Below are positions 44,237 to 54,327 of a DNA stretch of 64,000 nucleotides, one piece after another. The position numbers and the translations under genes were made by a program. Under the pieces are notes generated by a model. That model did no database searches and had not been told where the DNA came from. It was given only the letters and a program-made list of their open reading frames with translations. The stretch comes from an uncultured Erysipelotrichaceae bacterium (lineage in GTDB: Bacteria; Bacillota_I; Bacilli_A; RF39; UBA660): positions 9,610-73,609 of the forward strand of contig CADBYH010000004.1 in NCBI GenBank assembly GCA_902798815.1. The letters run 5' to 3'. The stretch's first letter is position 1, and each line of letters starts with the position of its first letter.

Positions 44237-45073
44237 ATGAAGAATATTACTAGATTTGGAGTATTATTTTTGTTTTTATTAATAAGCATGTTTTATACCG
44301 ATAAATCTATTGATATCTTAAAGAATTCTGATCCTATTATGAAGCAAATTAAAAATACTAAGGAAAAGTATAATATAAGCCCAATTGATGCTGTTATAAG
44401 AGGTGATGAAATTATTTCTGGTAATTATGGGAAAGAGATTGATTATGATTCATCCTATAATAAAATGAAAAGATATGGTAAATATAATGAGGCGTTAACT
44501 GTTCTTAAGGAAACAAAACCTGATACATCAATAGATAATAATTATGATAAATATTTAGTAAAGGGTAATAGTAATAAAAGGAATGTTGCATTATTATTTA
44601 AACTAGGTAATATTGAAAATATCGATGAATTAGTTTTTCTTTTAGAAGAAAAAAATATTCAAAGTACTTTTTTTATAGATGGAAAATTATTAGAAAAAGA
44701 ATTGACTAGTATAAAGAAATTATCTAATCATGAAATTGAAATTCTTTCATATGATAATTCTTATGATTCTACTCTTATGAAAACATCTATTTCGTATTTA
44801 GAAGCTATTACTAATAGAGTATGTAATTATTGTTATACAGAAAATAGTAATGACAAATTGCTAAAGCAATGTGCAAAATTACGACTTCATACTATTAAAC
44901 CAACTATTGTAGTTAAAGAAGATATTTATTTAACGGTAAAGAAAAAAATAGAGTCGGGGATAGTTATAAGTATTGATGATTATGAAATAGGTGATTTAAG
45001 TTATGCAATCGATTATATTAAGTCTAAAGGATATAATTTAGTGACAGTAGCTGATTTATTTAATGAAAAATAA
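44237..45073 (+). CDS. polysaccharide deacetylase (NodB)-like protein, YlxY-like by position, catalytic motifs degenerate
   Basis: Follows pnp as ylxY does in B. subtilis. NVALLFKLG...STFFIDG...NHEIEILSYD occupies the positions of the TFDDG / H-x-x-x-H motifs. Confidence 0.55.
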   Translation: MKNITRFGVLFLFLLISMFYTDKSIDILKNSDPIMKQIKNTKEKYNISPIDAVIRGDEIISGNYGKEIDYDSSYNKMKRYGKYNEALTVLKETKPDTSIDNNYDKYLVKGNSNKRNVALLFKLGNIENIDELVFLLEEKNIQSTFFIDGKLLEKELTSIKKLSNHEIEILSYDNSYDSTLMKTSISYLEAITNRVCNYCYTENSNDKLLKQCAKLRLHTIKPTIVVKEDIYLTVKKKIESGIVISIDDYEIGDLSYAIDYIKSKGYNLVTVADLFNEK

Positions 45074-45097
45074 AAGAGCATTTAATTGCTCTTTTTT
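45072..45097. terminator. bidirectional terminator between convergent genes
   Basis: AAAAGAGCA-tttaat-TGCTCTTTT. Overlaps the 3' end of the minus-strand gene. Confidence 0.65.
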
Positions 45098-47502
45098 GGT
45101 GTAGGCATAATTGTTAAAGATAATACTTTTTGATCTGATGATTTTGCTTTATATAATTTTTTGTTTTTTCTAATTTCATCAAGAATTTTTTGAACAAGTT
45201 TTGATTTATTTTTTGTTTTTTCAACTACTTTTAAAAATAAATCTCCTTTTTCTTTATTTCCTTGTGTATAGAATTTTCTTGCATAAATAAGTTTAATAAT
45301 ATCTGTTTCTTCTCTTGATATATTTAACTTATTACATGCTGTTTCTACATCTAGTTTTGAGTCACATATAAACTCATTAATTTCATCAAAGTTTTCAATA
45401 CCATAATTATTAGATTCATTATTATTAAAATCATTTTCATTCATTTTTACTTTTGGTTTGATATCATCTTTATCAATTTGTCCTTTTAGTTTTAAAAGTA
45501 AATCTCCAAAGTCTCTATCATTTTTTTCTTGTTTTGCTAAATGATTTGCTACTGTAAGATATTCAATTGCTTTATCAATAATATGTAATCTCATATATGA
45601 TAAACCTATCATTGCATAATTTGCAGAATATTGTTTTATATTATTTGTCTCAAGAATTTTCATTTGTTTATTTAGAGAATCTTCATAACTTCCATATCTA
45701 TAGTCTTCTACTGCTTCACTAATTAATGCTTTTACATCAAAATCTTCATAATCATTATTATTATACTTTAAAACAATTCTAGTTTTTCCTTCATCAATAA
45801 TAGGAAATGCTAACATATCTAAATATTTATCAGCTTCATTTAGGATAAACTCAGTTCTATCTTTACTCATTGTATTAAGAATAATTATACCTTTTCTTTC
45901 AATTAGTTCATTATGTTTTTTTTCAATAAATCTAATGTCAGTTTGACTTCTAATTATTTCTTCTTTATCATATTCTTCCTCTTCATCTAAGATATCATCA
46001 TCTTGTTCATCTTCATAAGATATTTCATTATTCTGTGGTTTAGTATTTTCGTTAAAGTTTGGAATATTAGATTGATAATTTGTTATAGATTTATGGTTTT
46101 CTAACACTTTATATAAATTATCTATATTTAAAGATTCTTCTTTAATTTTAATTGCATTATTTATAATATCTAGATATATTTTTGCTTCATCTAATTTATT
46201 ATTAGCTAAACAATAATAAAATTTTTGAATATAATTTGAAGTATTCAATTTATAATTCTCATTATTCATTAGTGATAATTCAAGCATTGGTGCAGTATAA
46301 GCTATATCTTTTTCTATAATACTAAGTTTTATTAAATTAGTAATAATATATTCATATTCACTTTTTCCTATTTCTTTTAAATGACTTTTTAAATATAATG
46401 AGGCACTATCAATATCATTATTCATTAAACTAGACATTAGTGACATAAAATAATTATCTGAATATGTTTTTTCATTTTGATAAACTTCTTTATTATTATT
46501 TTTCTTTAAAGATTTAATTAATTCACATATATCAGTAAGAATAATATTTATGGTGTTATCTTCATTTGAAATATTTCTTTTTTTATTAAAATCATTATTT
46601 ATTCTTAAAGCTAAATCAAATTTATTTGCGCTTATTGCTTCAAACAAATTATCAGTTTCAATATTTTTTTCTTTTGGAATAGTAGAAGTATTTTTTATAA
46701 TAAGATAATCTTCAGCTAATCTTATAATATATTCTTCAATAGTATTTAATTTTATTTTTTCTTTTTTTCTTTCTAGATATTCAATAACTTCATTATATTT
46801 TTTTTCATTGACTAAAGAAATAACATGATTTCTACTTTTCTTTTCTTCGTTAATTGTTTGAACTAATAATGTTTTTTCAATAATATCTTGTAGAGTATAA
46901 CCTTTATTATTTATTGTGATAGTATATAGTATTTTACATGAAGAAGAAAACTTTCCTCTTATTGCTGCTGATCTAATTCTGTTATATGACATAACATCAG
47001 GGTATCTTTTATCATTATTAGGTATTTTAATACTATAGTAATCAAGAGATTTGACTTTTTCTTTGTATTTATCTGGAATATCAGTAATATAGTTAAGTAA
47101 ATACATGTAATATCCTAAGTCAATTTTTTCGTTTTCACTACTTAAATTATAAAGTCTTTCATATATTTCAAATACCTTATCATATTTTCTTTCATGAATA
47201 CAAATTGTAAAAAATTGAAGACAATATTTATAATTATTTGGATTTAATTCATAACACTTTTCAAATATTTTATTAGAAATATTATATTTTTTTTCTTTAG
47301 CTAATTTAATTCCGTATTCAAATAAACTATTTACATCTTTAAAAGAATAAAAACCTCTTTTGACTCTTTCTATAGTATTATTATCAATTAATTTATTAAT
47401 ATCAGTAGAATTAAATCCGTATTCATTTAATTGTTTTGTAGTAATAGCATCAATTTCTATAAATCCATTATAAAGTTTTTCTAAATTATTAGTACTTATC
47501 AT
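45082..47502 (-). CDS. 806-aa protein: N-terminal AbiEi-like winged-helix segment + multiple TPR-like repeats
   Basis: N-terminus ITTKQLNEYGFNSTDINKLIDNNTIERVKRGFYSF. Repeated TPR-like helices (KLAKEKKYNISNKIFEKCYELNPNN...). Acidic linker YEDEQDDDILDEEEEYDKEE. Confidence 0.6.
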   Translation of the reverse strand: MISTNNLEKLYNGFIEIDAITTKQLNEYGFNSTDINKLIDNNTIERVKRGFYSFKDVNSLFEYGIKLAKEKKYNISNKIFEKCYELNPNNYKYCLQFFTICIHERKYDKVFEIYERLYNLSSENEKIDLGYYMYLLNYITDIPDKYKEKVKSLDYYSIKIPNNDKRYPDVMSYNRIRSAAIRGKFSSSCKILYTITINNKGYTLQDIIEKTLLVQTINEEKKSRNHVISLVNEKKYNEVIEYLERKKEKIKLNTIEEYIIRLAEDYLIIKNTSTIPKEKNIETDNLFEAISANKFDLALRINNDFNKKRNISNEDNTINIILTDICELIKSLKKNNNKEVYQNEKTYSDNYFMSLMSSLMNNDIDSASLYLKSHLKEIGKSEYEYIITNLIKLSIIEKDIAYTAPMLELSLMNNENYKLNTSNYIQKFYYCLANNKLDEAKIYLDIINNAIKIKEESLNIDNLYKVLENHKSITNYQSNIPNFNENTKPQNNEISYEDEQDDDILDEEEEYDKEEIIRSQTDIRFIEKKHNELIERKGIIILNTMSKDRTEFILNEADKYLDMLAFPIIDEGKTRIVLKYNNNDYEDFDVKALISEAVEDYRYGSYEDSLNKQMKILETNNIKQYSANYAMIGLSYMRLHIIDKAIEYLTVANHLAKQEKNDRDFGDLLLKLKGQIDKDDIKPKVKMNENDFNNNESNNYGIENFDEINEFICDSKLDVETACNKLNISREETDIIKLIYARKFYTQGNKEKGDLFLKVVEKTKNKSKLVQKILDEIRKNKKLYKAKSSDQKVLSLTIMPTPKKSN

Positions 47503-47659
47503 TTTTATCTCCTTGTCTAAAATAGAAACTAAAATTTATTTTATAACAATCCTAGTTATAAATCAAACATATCAAAAGAATATGTTATAAGAATTATTAA
47601 TAATAGATATTTGTGAAATTGGTCGTTTTATAGTATAATGCTAGGTAGGGTGAAGATAT

Positions 47660-50611
47660 ATGTACTTAAAGGGAATAGTTACAAGTGGATTCAAATCTTT
47701 TGCAGATAAAATAGAATTAAATCTAGATGGCAAAATTACTTGTATTGTTGGACCTAATGGGTCTGGTAAAAGTAATGTAGTTGATGCAGTTAGATGGGTT
47801 CTTGGAGAACAATCAGTTAAATCATTACGTGGTGATGGTTCAATGTCTGATGTTATTTTTTCTGGTTCTAAATCTAGAAAACCATTAAATGTTGCTTCTG
47901 TTGAGTTAATATTTGATAATGAAGATCACTTTTTAAATGTTCCTTATACAGAAATATCTATTAAAAGAAGAGTGTATCGTAGTGGAGAAAATGAATATTA
48001 TTTAAATAATGAAAAATGTAGATTAAAAGATATTAATAATTTATTACTTGATACTGGAATGGGAAAAGAATCTTTTAATATTATTTCACAAGGTGAGGTT
48101 GATAAAATACTTTCTAATTCTTCACAAGATAGAAGAGTTATATTTGAAGAGGCTTCTGGAATTTTAAAGTATAAAAAAAGAAAAGAAGAAGCTTTAAGAA
48201 AACTTGATAGAACACATAATAATATTGATAGGGTAAATGATATTATTACAGAGTTAGAATCTCAAGTAGGACCTTTAAAAGCGCAAAGTGAAAAAGCAAA
48301 AGAATATTTAGAAAATAAAAATGGTTTGGATAAATATGAAGTTGCTTTACTTGCCTATGATATAGAAAATATTCATAATGAAGTAGAGAATAATAAAAAA
48401 AGAAAAGAAAAAATTGATAATGAGATTTTAACAATAACAAATGAAAGTAGTAAAAACGATGTTGCTGGATTAGAAGATAGTAATAAATTAGATAAATTAG
48501 AAGAAGAGAAGACTAATTTAAATCGAGAGTTATTAAAAGTTACTGAAGAAAGAACTAGAATAGATGGTGAAAAATCTTTATTAAAAGAGAAGAGTAAAAC
48601 TACAAAAGAAGAAGATGAAGTAAAAGAAGAGATAAGAAAAGCACTTGAAGAAAAAGAACAATTATCCTCTTCAATATCTGTTATTGAAGAAGATATAAAA
48701 GTTTTAAGTAAAGATATTAAGAATAAAGATTTAGAAGCAATTGAAGTAGAAAAAGAACTACAAGGATTGAAATCTAAGAAGAATATGTTGGTTCAAGATT
48801 ATTCTAGACATAATCAAGAATTAATATCTACTAAACATAAGATAGAATCATTACGTAGTGAGATAGAACAAGGTGGAGATATGCCTAGTTCTGTTAGAAA
48901 AGTATTAAAGTCTGATTTAAATGGAATATATAATACAATTGGTAATGTTGTTTCTTGTGAAGAAAAGTATGTAAAAGCATTAAATACGGCAATTAATACT
49001 TGCAAAAACTTTATTATAACAAAAGATGAGGTTTCAGCTAAAAGTGCAATTAACTATTTAAAAGATAATCATTATGGAAGAGCAACTTTCTTTCCTTTAT
49101 CAATTATAAAAGAAAGATTCGTTGATAATGATGCATTAAATACATTAAAAAATAGTAATGACTATTTGGGTATTATGTCTGATTTAATTTCCTATAATAA
49201 TGAATATGACAATGTTATTAAAAATCAATTGGGTAATGTTGTTGTAGTTACTAATATAGATTCTGCAACAAGACTATCTCATATGATTAAAGCAAAGTAT
49301 AAAATAGTTACATTAGAAGGAGACGTTGTTAATGTAGGTGGTTCATTAACTGGTGGATCTATTTATAATGCAAAAAGTGTAGTTGTTTTAAAACAAGAAG
49401 TATCTCATTTAGAAGAGACAAGTAATTTGCTTAAGAAAGAAGAAGAGGAAATAGAACAAGAAATACAAGATAATTCTAAAGAAATAACAACTATTGAAGA
49501 AAAGTTGTTTGCAATTTCTAAAGAGAAAGTTTCATTAAGTGAAACACGTGATTCTAAAAATAATGAACTAAATATATTATCGGACAAATTAAAATCAATT
49601 AGTAGAGAGTATGAATCTTTAGAGTCAATTAAAAATAATTCAATAAGTGAAAAAGAAGCAGAGCTTATTAAGTTGTATCATGAAAAGACTGCTTATAAAG
49701 AACAGATAGAGATTAGAATTAAAGACTTGAATAAAGAGATTGATAAGTTAAAGACAAAGATTGAAGAAAATCAAGCGTTAGATAAATTAAAGAAAAGTAA
49801 ATTAAATTCTTTAGAAAAAGAATCTAGAGAATTAGAAATAAATATTACTAGATCTGATGTTAAACTTGATAATATGCTTAATATTTTGTCTGTTGATTAT
49901 GAATTGACATTTGAAAAGGCTAAGAGTGATTATGTATTAGATATTGAAGTAAATGATGCTAGAGAGAAAGTTAATAAATATCGTTCTAATATTAAAAGAA
50001 TTGGTATGGTTAATTTAGATGCTATTGAAGAATATGAAAGGGTAAATACAAGATATGAATTCTTGACTAAACAAAGAGATGATTTACTTAATGCTGAAGA
50101 TACTCTTCTAGAAATAATGAATGAGATGGATGATGTTATGAAGGAAGAGTTTGGAGTTACTTTTGAAAACATTAGAGAAGAGTTTAAAAAGGTATTTAAA
50201 GAATTATTTAATGGTGGACAAGCTGATTTAAAATTAACTAATCCTGATGATTTATTATCAACTGGTGTTGATATAGTTGCTTCACCTCCAGGAAAGAAAT
50301 TAACTACTATTTCACTTTTATCAGGAGGAGAAAAAACTTTAACAGCAATTAGTTTATTATTTGCAATTTTAAATGTAAGAACAGTTCCTTTCTGTTTATT
50401 TGATGAAGTAGAAGCAGCTCTTGATGAAGCAAATGTTTCACAGTTTGGTAAGTATTTAGATAATTATAAGAATAAAACGCAATTCTTAATAATTACTCAT
50501 AAAAAGAAAACTATGGAGTATGCTAATACTTTATATGGAATTACAATGCAGGAATCAGGTGTTTCAAAATTAGTTAGTGTTAAATTACAAGAAGCAAATG
50601 AGATATTATAA
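47660..50611 (+). CDS. smc: chromosome segregation protein SMC (short, 983 aa)
   Basis: Walker A GPNGSGKSN, hinge region, signature LSGGEKTLTAISLLFA, Walker B FCLFDEVEAALD. Confidence 0.95.
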   Translation: MYLKGIVTSGFKSFADKIELNLDGKITCIVGPNGSGKSNVVDAVRWVLGEQSVKSLRGDGSMSDVIFSGSKSRKPLNVASVELIFDNEDHFLNVPYTEISIKRRVYRSGENEYYLNNEKCRLKDINNLLLDTGMGKESFNIISQGEVDKILSNSSQDRRVIFEEASGILKYKKRKEEALRKLDRTHNNIDRVNDIITELESQVGPLKAQSEKAKEYLENKNGLDKYEVALLAYDIENIHNEVENNKKRKEKIDNEILTITNESSKNDVAGLEDSNKLDKLEEEKTNLNRELLKVTEERTRIDGEKSLLKEKSKTTKEEDEVKEEIRKALEEKEQLSSSISVIEEDIKVLSKDIKNKDLEAIEVEKELQGLKSKKNMLVQDYSRHNQELISTKHKIESLRSEIEQGGDMPSSVRKVLKSDLNGIYNTIGNVVSCEEKYVKALNTAINTCKNFIITKDEVSAKSAINYLKDNHYGRATFFPLSIIKERFVDNDALNTLKNSNDYLGIMSDLISYNNEYDNVIKNQLGNVVVVTNIDSATRLSHMIKAKYKIVTLEGDVVNVGGSLTGGSIYNAKSVVVLKQEVSHLEETSNLLKKEEEEIEQEIQDNSKEITTIEEKLFAISKEKVSLSETRDSKNNELNILSDKLKSISREYESLESIKNNSISEKEAELIKLYHEKTAYKEQIEIRIKDLNKEIDKLKTKIEENQALDKLKKSKLNSLEKESRELEINITRSDVKLDNMLNILSVDYELTFEKAKSDYVLDIEVNDAREKVNKYRSNIKRIGMVNLDAIEEYERVNTRYEFLTKQRDDLLNAEDTLLEIMNEMDDVMKEEFGVTFENIREEFKKVFKELFNGGQADLKLTNPDDLLSTGVDIVASPPGKKLTTISLLSGGEKTLTAISLLFAILNVRTVPFCLFDEVEAALDEANVSQFGKYLDNYKNKTQFLIITHKKKTMEYANTLYGITMQESGVSKLVSVKLQEANEIL

Positions 50612-50641
50612 AAAAAGTAATGATTGATCATTACTTTTTTA
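50611..50641. terminator. bidirectional terminator between smc and def
   Basis: AAAAA-AGTAATGAT-tg-ATCATTACT-TTTTTT. Confidence 0.7.
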
Positions 50642-51187
50642 TATTGCTCGATATTTATCTTTATCTTTAAAAGGATTCTTTTTATCTATACGATCTGTAA
50701 ATAAAATTCCATTTAAATGATCTAATTCATGTTGGAAACAAATTGCTAATTCTTCTCTTGCACGTACATTTATTTTTCTTCCTTCAATATCATATGCTTC
50801 CATTGTCACTCTAGCATATCTTGGTACAATACCTTCAACAGGTCTATTTACTGAAAGGCATCCTTCACCTTCTTCAACATATATTTTTTCCATTGAATTT
50901 GATATTATTCTTGGATTTATTAATATATAAGTATCAAATTTTCCTTCTTCAATTTCATGTACTACTACAAAATATCTTTTTGCAACACCTAATTGAATTG
51001 CTGACATACCCATACCAGGTCTTAAATCATATTTTTCTGATAATTCTTCAATTTGACTATCGTGTAGATATTCAATCATTGTATTTATTAATTCTTTATC
51101 TTTATTAGTTAAAGGGAATTCAACTTCCTTACTTATAACTTTTAATCTTTTATCTTTTTCATCTAGGATGTCTTTTGTTTTTAACAC
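50639..51187 (-). CDS. def: peptide deformylase
   Basis: Motifs GMSAIQLG, EGCLS and HELDH. The GTG at 51187 lies 6 nt after GAGGTG; the track ORF begins 9 nt further upstream. Confidence 0.9.
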   Translation of the reverse strand: MLKTKDILDEKDKRLKVISKEVEFPLTNKDKELINTMIEYLHDSQIEELSEKYDLRPGMGMSAIQLGVAKRYFVVVHEIEEGKFDTYILINPRIISNSMEKIYVEEGEGCLSVNRPVEGIVPRYARVTMEAYDIEGRKINVRAREELAICFQHELDHLNGILFTDRIDKKNPFKDKDKYRAI

Positions 51188-51242
51188 TTCAACCACCTCA
51201 ACTTCTTATATTTTAACAAATAATTTTATAAATGAAAAGTAA

Positions 51243-52181
51243 TTAACTATTTCTTTTATAATTATTTAATATTTCTTGATAACGTTTTACATATTCATGA
51301 TGTTGTTTAGAATCTTCTGTGTATGCTAAATCATCGAAAGTTTCAATTAATTCATAGAAGGCATTTTCGTAACCTATAGTTTTATCAAGATGTCTAATTA
51401 CTGTTTCAATATCTCCAGATATAATATTTTGTTCGATTGCCTTTTTAAATTTATCATTTTTCCAGAATTCTTTCATATAAGGTATTATGTTGTTATATCC
51501 ATAATCATGATGTATTTTTACTTGATCTAAACTATTAATAAAATCTATAATGTTTTCATCATTAACAAATTCTTTTAATGAAATTATATATTCTAATATT
51601 TCTGTTGACTGAAGAGTATTAATTAATTCATCAAAAGTCTCAAATAATTCAAATGATGTTAATTCATCATATTGAGGATTATATTTACATAATGAGAAAT
51701 GATATCCTGTTCTTAAAACATGATTAATTGTTTTCTTTTCTTTGAAATAACTATAGTTATTTATTTCACCTTTTATTAAATGACTCATTTCATGACAAAA
51801 TATATTTAATAAATGAGTTATATCTACATTAACCAAAGTACATATTATAGCTGGATCTGTTCTATCGTGTTTAATATTATCTTTATCATCTACGTAAAAA
51901 TAATGACCCATATCTGATGCTCCAAAAGTTGTGTAATCATCTTCATCTTCTTCATTATCAGTTACTAAAAATTCATGTTCTTTAAGTATATCAGAAATTG
52001 GTTTAGAATCCATATATATTTCGACTCTTAAAAACACATCACAAACAGTATTTGCATATTCTTTGTATTTACATAGTAATCCATATAATGCTGCAATAAA
52101 AAATGATTTTATATATTCATCTTGTTCATCAGGGAACTTTTTATTAACAACCATTTTTGCAAGTGAAAACATACCACTCAT
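51243..52181 (-). CDS. hypothetical protein with an HExxH motif (CHEMSHLIKGE)
   Basis: Long ORF. The ATG at 52181 is preceded by GGTGAT. A single HExxH motif; no other motif recognised. Confidence 0.55.
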   Translation of the reverse strand: MSGMFSLAKMVVNKKFPDEQDEYIKSFFIAALYGLLCKYKEYANTVCDVFLRVEIYMDSKPISDILKEHEFLVTDNEEDEDDYTTFGASDMGHYFYVDDKDNIKHDRTDPAIICTLVNVDITHLLNIFCHEMSHLIKGEINNYSYFKEKKTINHVLRTGYHFSLCKYNPQYDELTSFELFETFDELINTLQSTEILEYIISLKEFVNDENIIDFINSLDQVKIHHDYGYNNIIPYMKEFWKNDKFKKAIEQNIISGDIETVIRHLDKTIGYENAFYELIETFDDLAYTEDSKQHHEYVKRYQEILNNYKRNS

Positions 52182-52223
52182 AAAATCACCAGTACATATT
52201 ATAATCAAATATTAATAATTGTC

Positions 52224-52248
52224 AAAAAAAGAACCTTAAGGTTCTTTT
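52224..52248 (-). terminator. intrinsic terminator of the small minus-strand gene
   Basis: AAAGAACC-ttaa-GGTTCTTT with A/T runs on both sides. Confidence 0.65.
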
Positions 52249-52249
52249 A

Positions 52250-52405
52250 TTAATTACTAAATCTATTACCAATAATAATTACTAATAAGATAAATAATAC
52301 TAGAACAATAGCATAGTTATTACGAGATTGATAATTGCCTATAGGATAGTAATAAGAAGTTGTTTGATTAGGGCAACATTGAGTACCCATTCCGTTATAA
52401 TACAT
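52250..52405 (-). CDS. YjcZ/tiny-TM family small protein (51 aa), not in the ORF track
   Basis: MYYNGMGTQCCPNQTTSYYYPIGNYQSRNNYAIVLVLFILLVIIIGNRFSN. AAAGGAGGATATT RBS and its own terminator. The AIVLVLFILLVIIIG core resembles the FALIVVLFILLIIVG core of Bacillus YjcZ-type peptides. Confidence 0.6.
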   Translation of the reverse strand: MYYNGMGTQCCPNQTTSYYYPIGNYQSRNNYAIVLVLFILLVIIIGNRFSN

Positions 52406-52523
52406 AATATCCTCCTTTACTAATATATGCTATGTTAATTTACAGTTTTTGTTAATGAATTTAACTATAGTAATTTTATAATATTTATATTTGTGATATA
52501 TTATAGTAGAAGGGAGAATGCAG

Positions 52524-53669
52524 ATGATAAAAAAGTTAAAGTATTTAGATAAAACTTTATTTTTTATTTCAATATTACTATTCGTAATAGGTTTAGTAAT
52601 GATTTTTTCTGCTTCTAATGTTACTGCTTATATGTCACACGCAGTTAGTCCTTATAATTATTTTTTAAGACAATCAGTTTTTTTAATTGCGGGACTTCTT
52701 CTTTTCTTTATAATGATTGCCTTTAATACAAATGTTTATGGTAAATCTTCAAGATTATTATTAATAATAAATACAGCTGCTTTGGTGGTTTTACTTATAT
52801 ATGGAAGTGCAAAGAACCAAGCAATAAGTTGGTTTGATTTAGGATTTATTAGTATTCAACCTTCTGAATTTATTAAAGTTATTTCAATTGTTTATTTAGC
52901 TGAATACTATGAGGTTCATAGAAAGAATTTAAAAGGTGCAGTAATAAGTTTATTTCCAATAGGTATATGTATTGCGATTGCGGGATTGATATTTCTTCAA
53001 CCTGACTTGGGAACAACTATTATTTATGCTGTTACTGTTGCGATAATTTTCTTCGCTGTACCTGTAGCAAAAGAAATAAAATTCAAATTATTTTTTATTG
53101 GATGTGCAATATTATTTTTAGGTGGTTTTGCTATTATGAGTATGGGTAAGAATATACTTGAAGATAGACAACTAGAAAGATTTGATATTTCAAATCCGTG
53201 TGAAAAAATATTAAGTAAGGGTAATCAGGTATGTAATTGTTATATTGCGATTAATAATGGTGGTTTAACGGGAGTTGGACTTGGTAATTCTACACAGAAA
53301 TATTTGTATTTGCCAGAACCTTATACTGATTTCATCTTTGCAATTATTATTGAAGAATTAGGAGTTATAACTGGAATAGCAATAATATTATTATATATAG
53401 TAATTTTATTTAGGATTCTTATCATTGGTAGACGAGCAATAACAAATAGAGGTGCTATAATATGTTATGGAACCGCTGCTTATATATTTTTACATATAGC
53501 AGTTAATTTAATGGGAATAATGGGAATGATTCCAATGACTGGTGTACCTCTTCCTTTTATGAGTTATGGTGGTAGTTACACAATATGTTTAATTGCAGCA
53601 TTAACTATGGTTCAAAGAGTTAATATAGATACTAAATTGTATAATGAAAAGGGTGATAAACGTGCCTAG
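52524..53669 (+). CDS. SEDS-family peptidoglycan polymerase (FtsW/RodA/SpoVE)
   Basis: QPSEFIKV, PDLGT, TDFIFAIIIEELG and GMIPMTGVPLPFMSYGGS motifs. Confidence 0.9.
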   Translation: MIKKLKYLDKTLFFISILLFVIGLVMIFSASNVTAYMSHAVSPYNYFLRQSVFLIAGLLLFFIMIAFNTNVYGKSSRLLLIINTAALVVLLIYGSAKNQAISWFDLGFISIQPSEFIKVISIVYLAEYYEVHRKNLKGAVISLFPIGICIAIAGLIFLQPDLGTTIIYAVTVAIIFFAVPVAKEIKFKLFFIGCAILFLGGFAIMSMGKNILEDRQLERFDISNPCEKILSKGNQVCNCYIAINNGGLTGVGLGNSTQKYLYLPEPYTDFIFAIIIEELGVITGIAIILLYIVILFRILIIGRRAITNRGAIICYGTAAYIFLHIAVNLMGIMGMIPMTGVPLPFMSYGGSYTICLIAALTMVQRVNIDTKLYNEKGDKRA

Positions 53670-54243
53670 TTGTGTTATTCATGAAGAAGTTGGTTATTAT
53701 TTATCAAAAAAACTTAGTCTAAATTCATATGATTATTATTTGGGATTATTAGCACCTGATTCACCAAACTATAAATCATTTGCTGAAAAAAATGTAAGAT
53801 GGATTGCTCATCAAAGAAGTAGTGACTATAATGAATGGAGAAACAATATTAAAAAATTATATTCTAAGGAGATAAATAATTATTCAAAAGATTTTATTTT
53901 AGGTTATTATATTCATATATTAACCGATATTATATATGATGAATTCATATATTTAAAGGTAAGAAAAAAAATAATTGATGAAGGTATTTCTTTAGATAAT
54001 TCACATAATGAAATGTCTAGTGATATGGAAAAATATAGTTTTATTGGTATTAAAGATGTTATAAATATTTTAAATAGTTCTGATAAAACATATGATATCT
54101 TAAATATCTCAAAAGATATTATGACTTTATGGAAAGAGAGAAAATTAGTTGAGTTTAATATGATTAATAATAGTAAATATATAACAGAAGATATTATTAA
54201 TGAACTTAATGAAATGGTTTATGAAGAGGTAAAAAACATGTGA
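53644..54243 (+). CDS. hypothetical protein (start uncertain: 53644 or GTG 53662)
   Basis: ORF overlapping the SEDS gene 3' end. His-rich N-terminus CVIHEEVG...APD...HQRS...HILTD. Confidence 0.5.
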   Translation: MKRVINVPSCVIHEEVGYYLSKKLSLNSYDYYLGLLAPDSPNYKSFAEKNVRWIAHQRSSDYNEWRNNIKKLYSKEINNYSKDFILGYYIHILTDIIYDEFIYLKVRKKIIDEGISLDNSHNEMSSDMEKYSFIGIKDVINILNSSDKTYDILNISKDIMTLWKERKLVEFNMINNSKYITEDIINELNEMVYEEVKNM

Positions 54244-54327
54244 TTGTTTTTATCTTTTTTTTATTGAATTTATGAAGATGATATGGTATGATATTGCCAG
54301 TTTGTACGGGTTGAAGGAGAAATTTGT

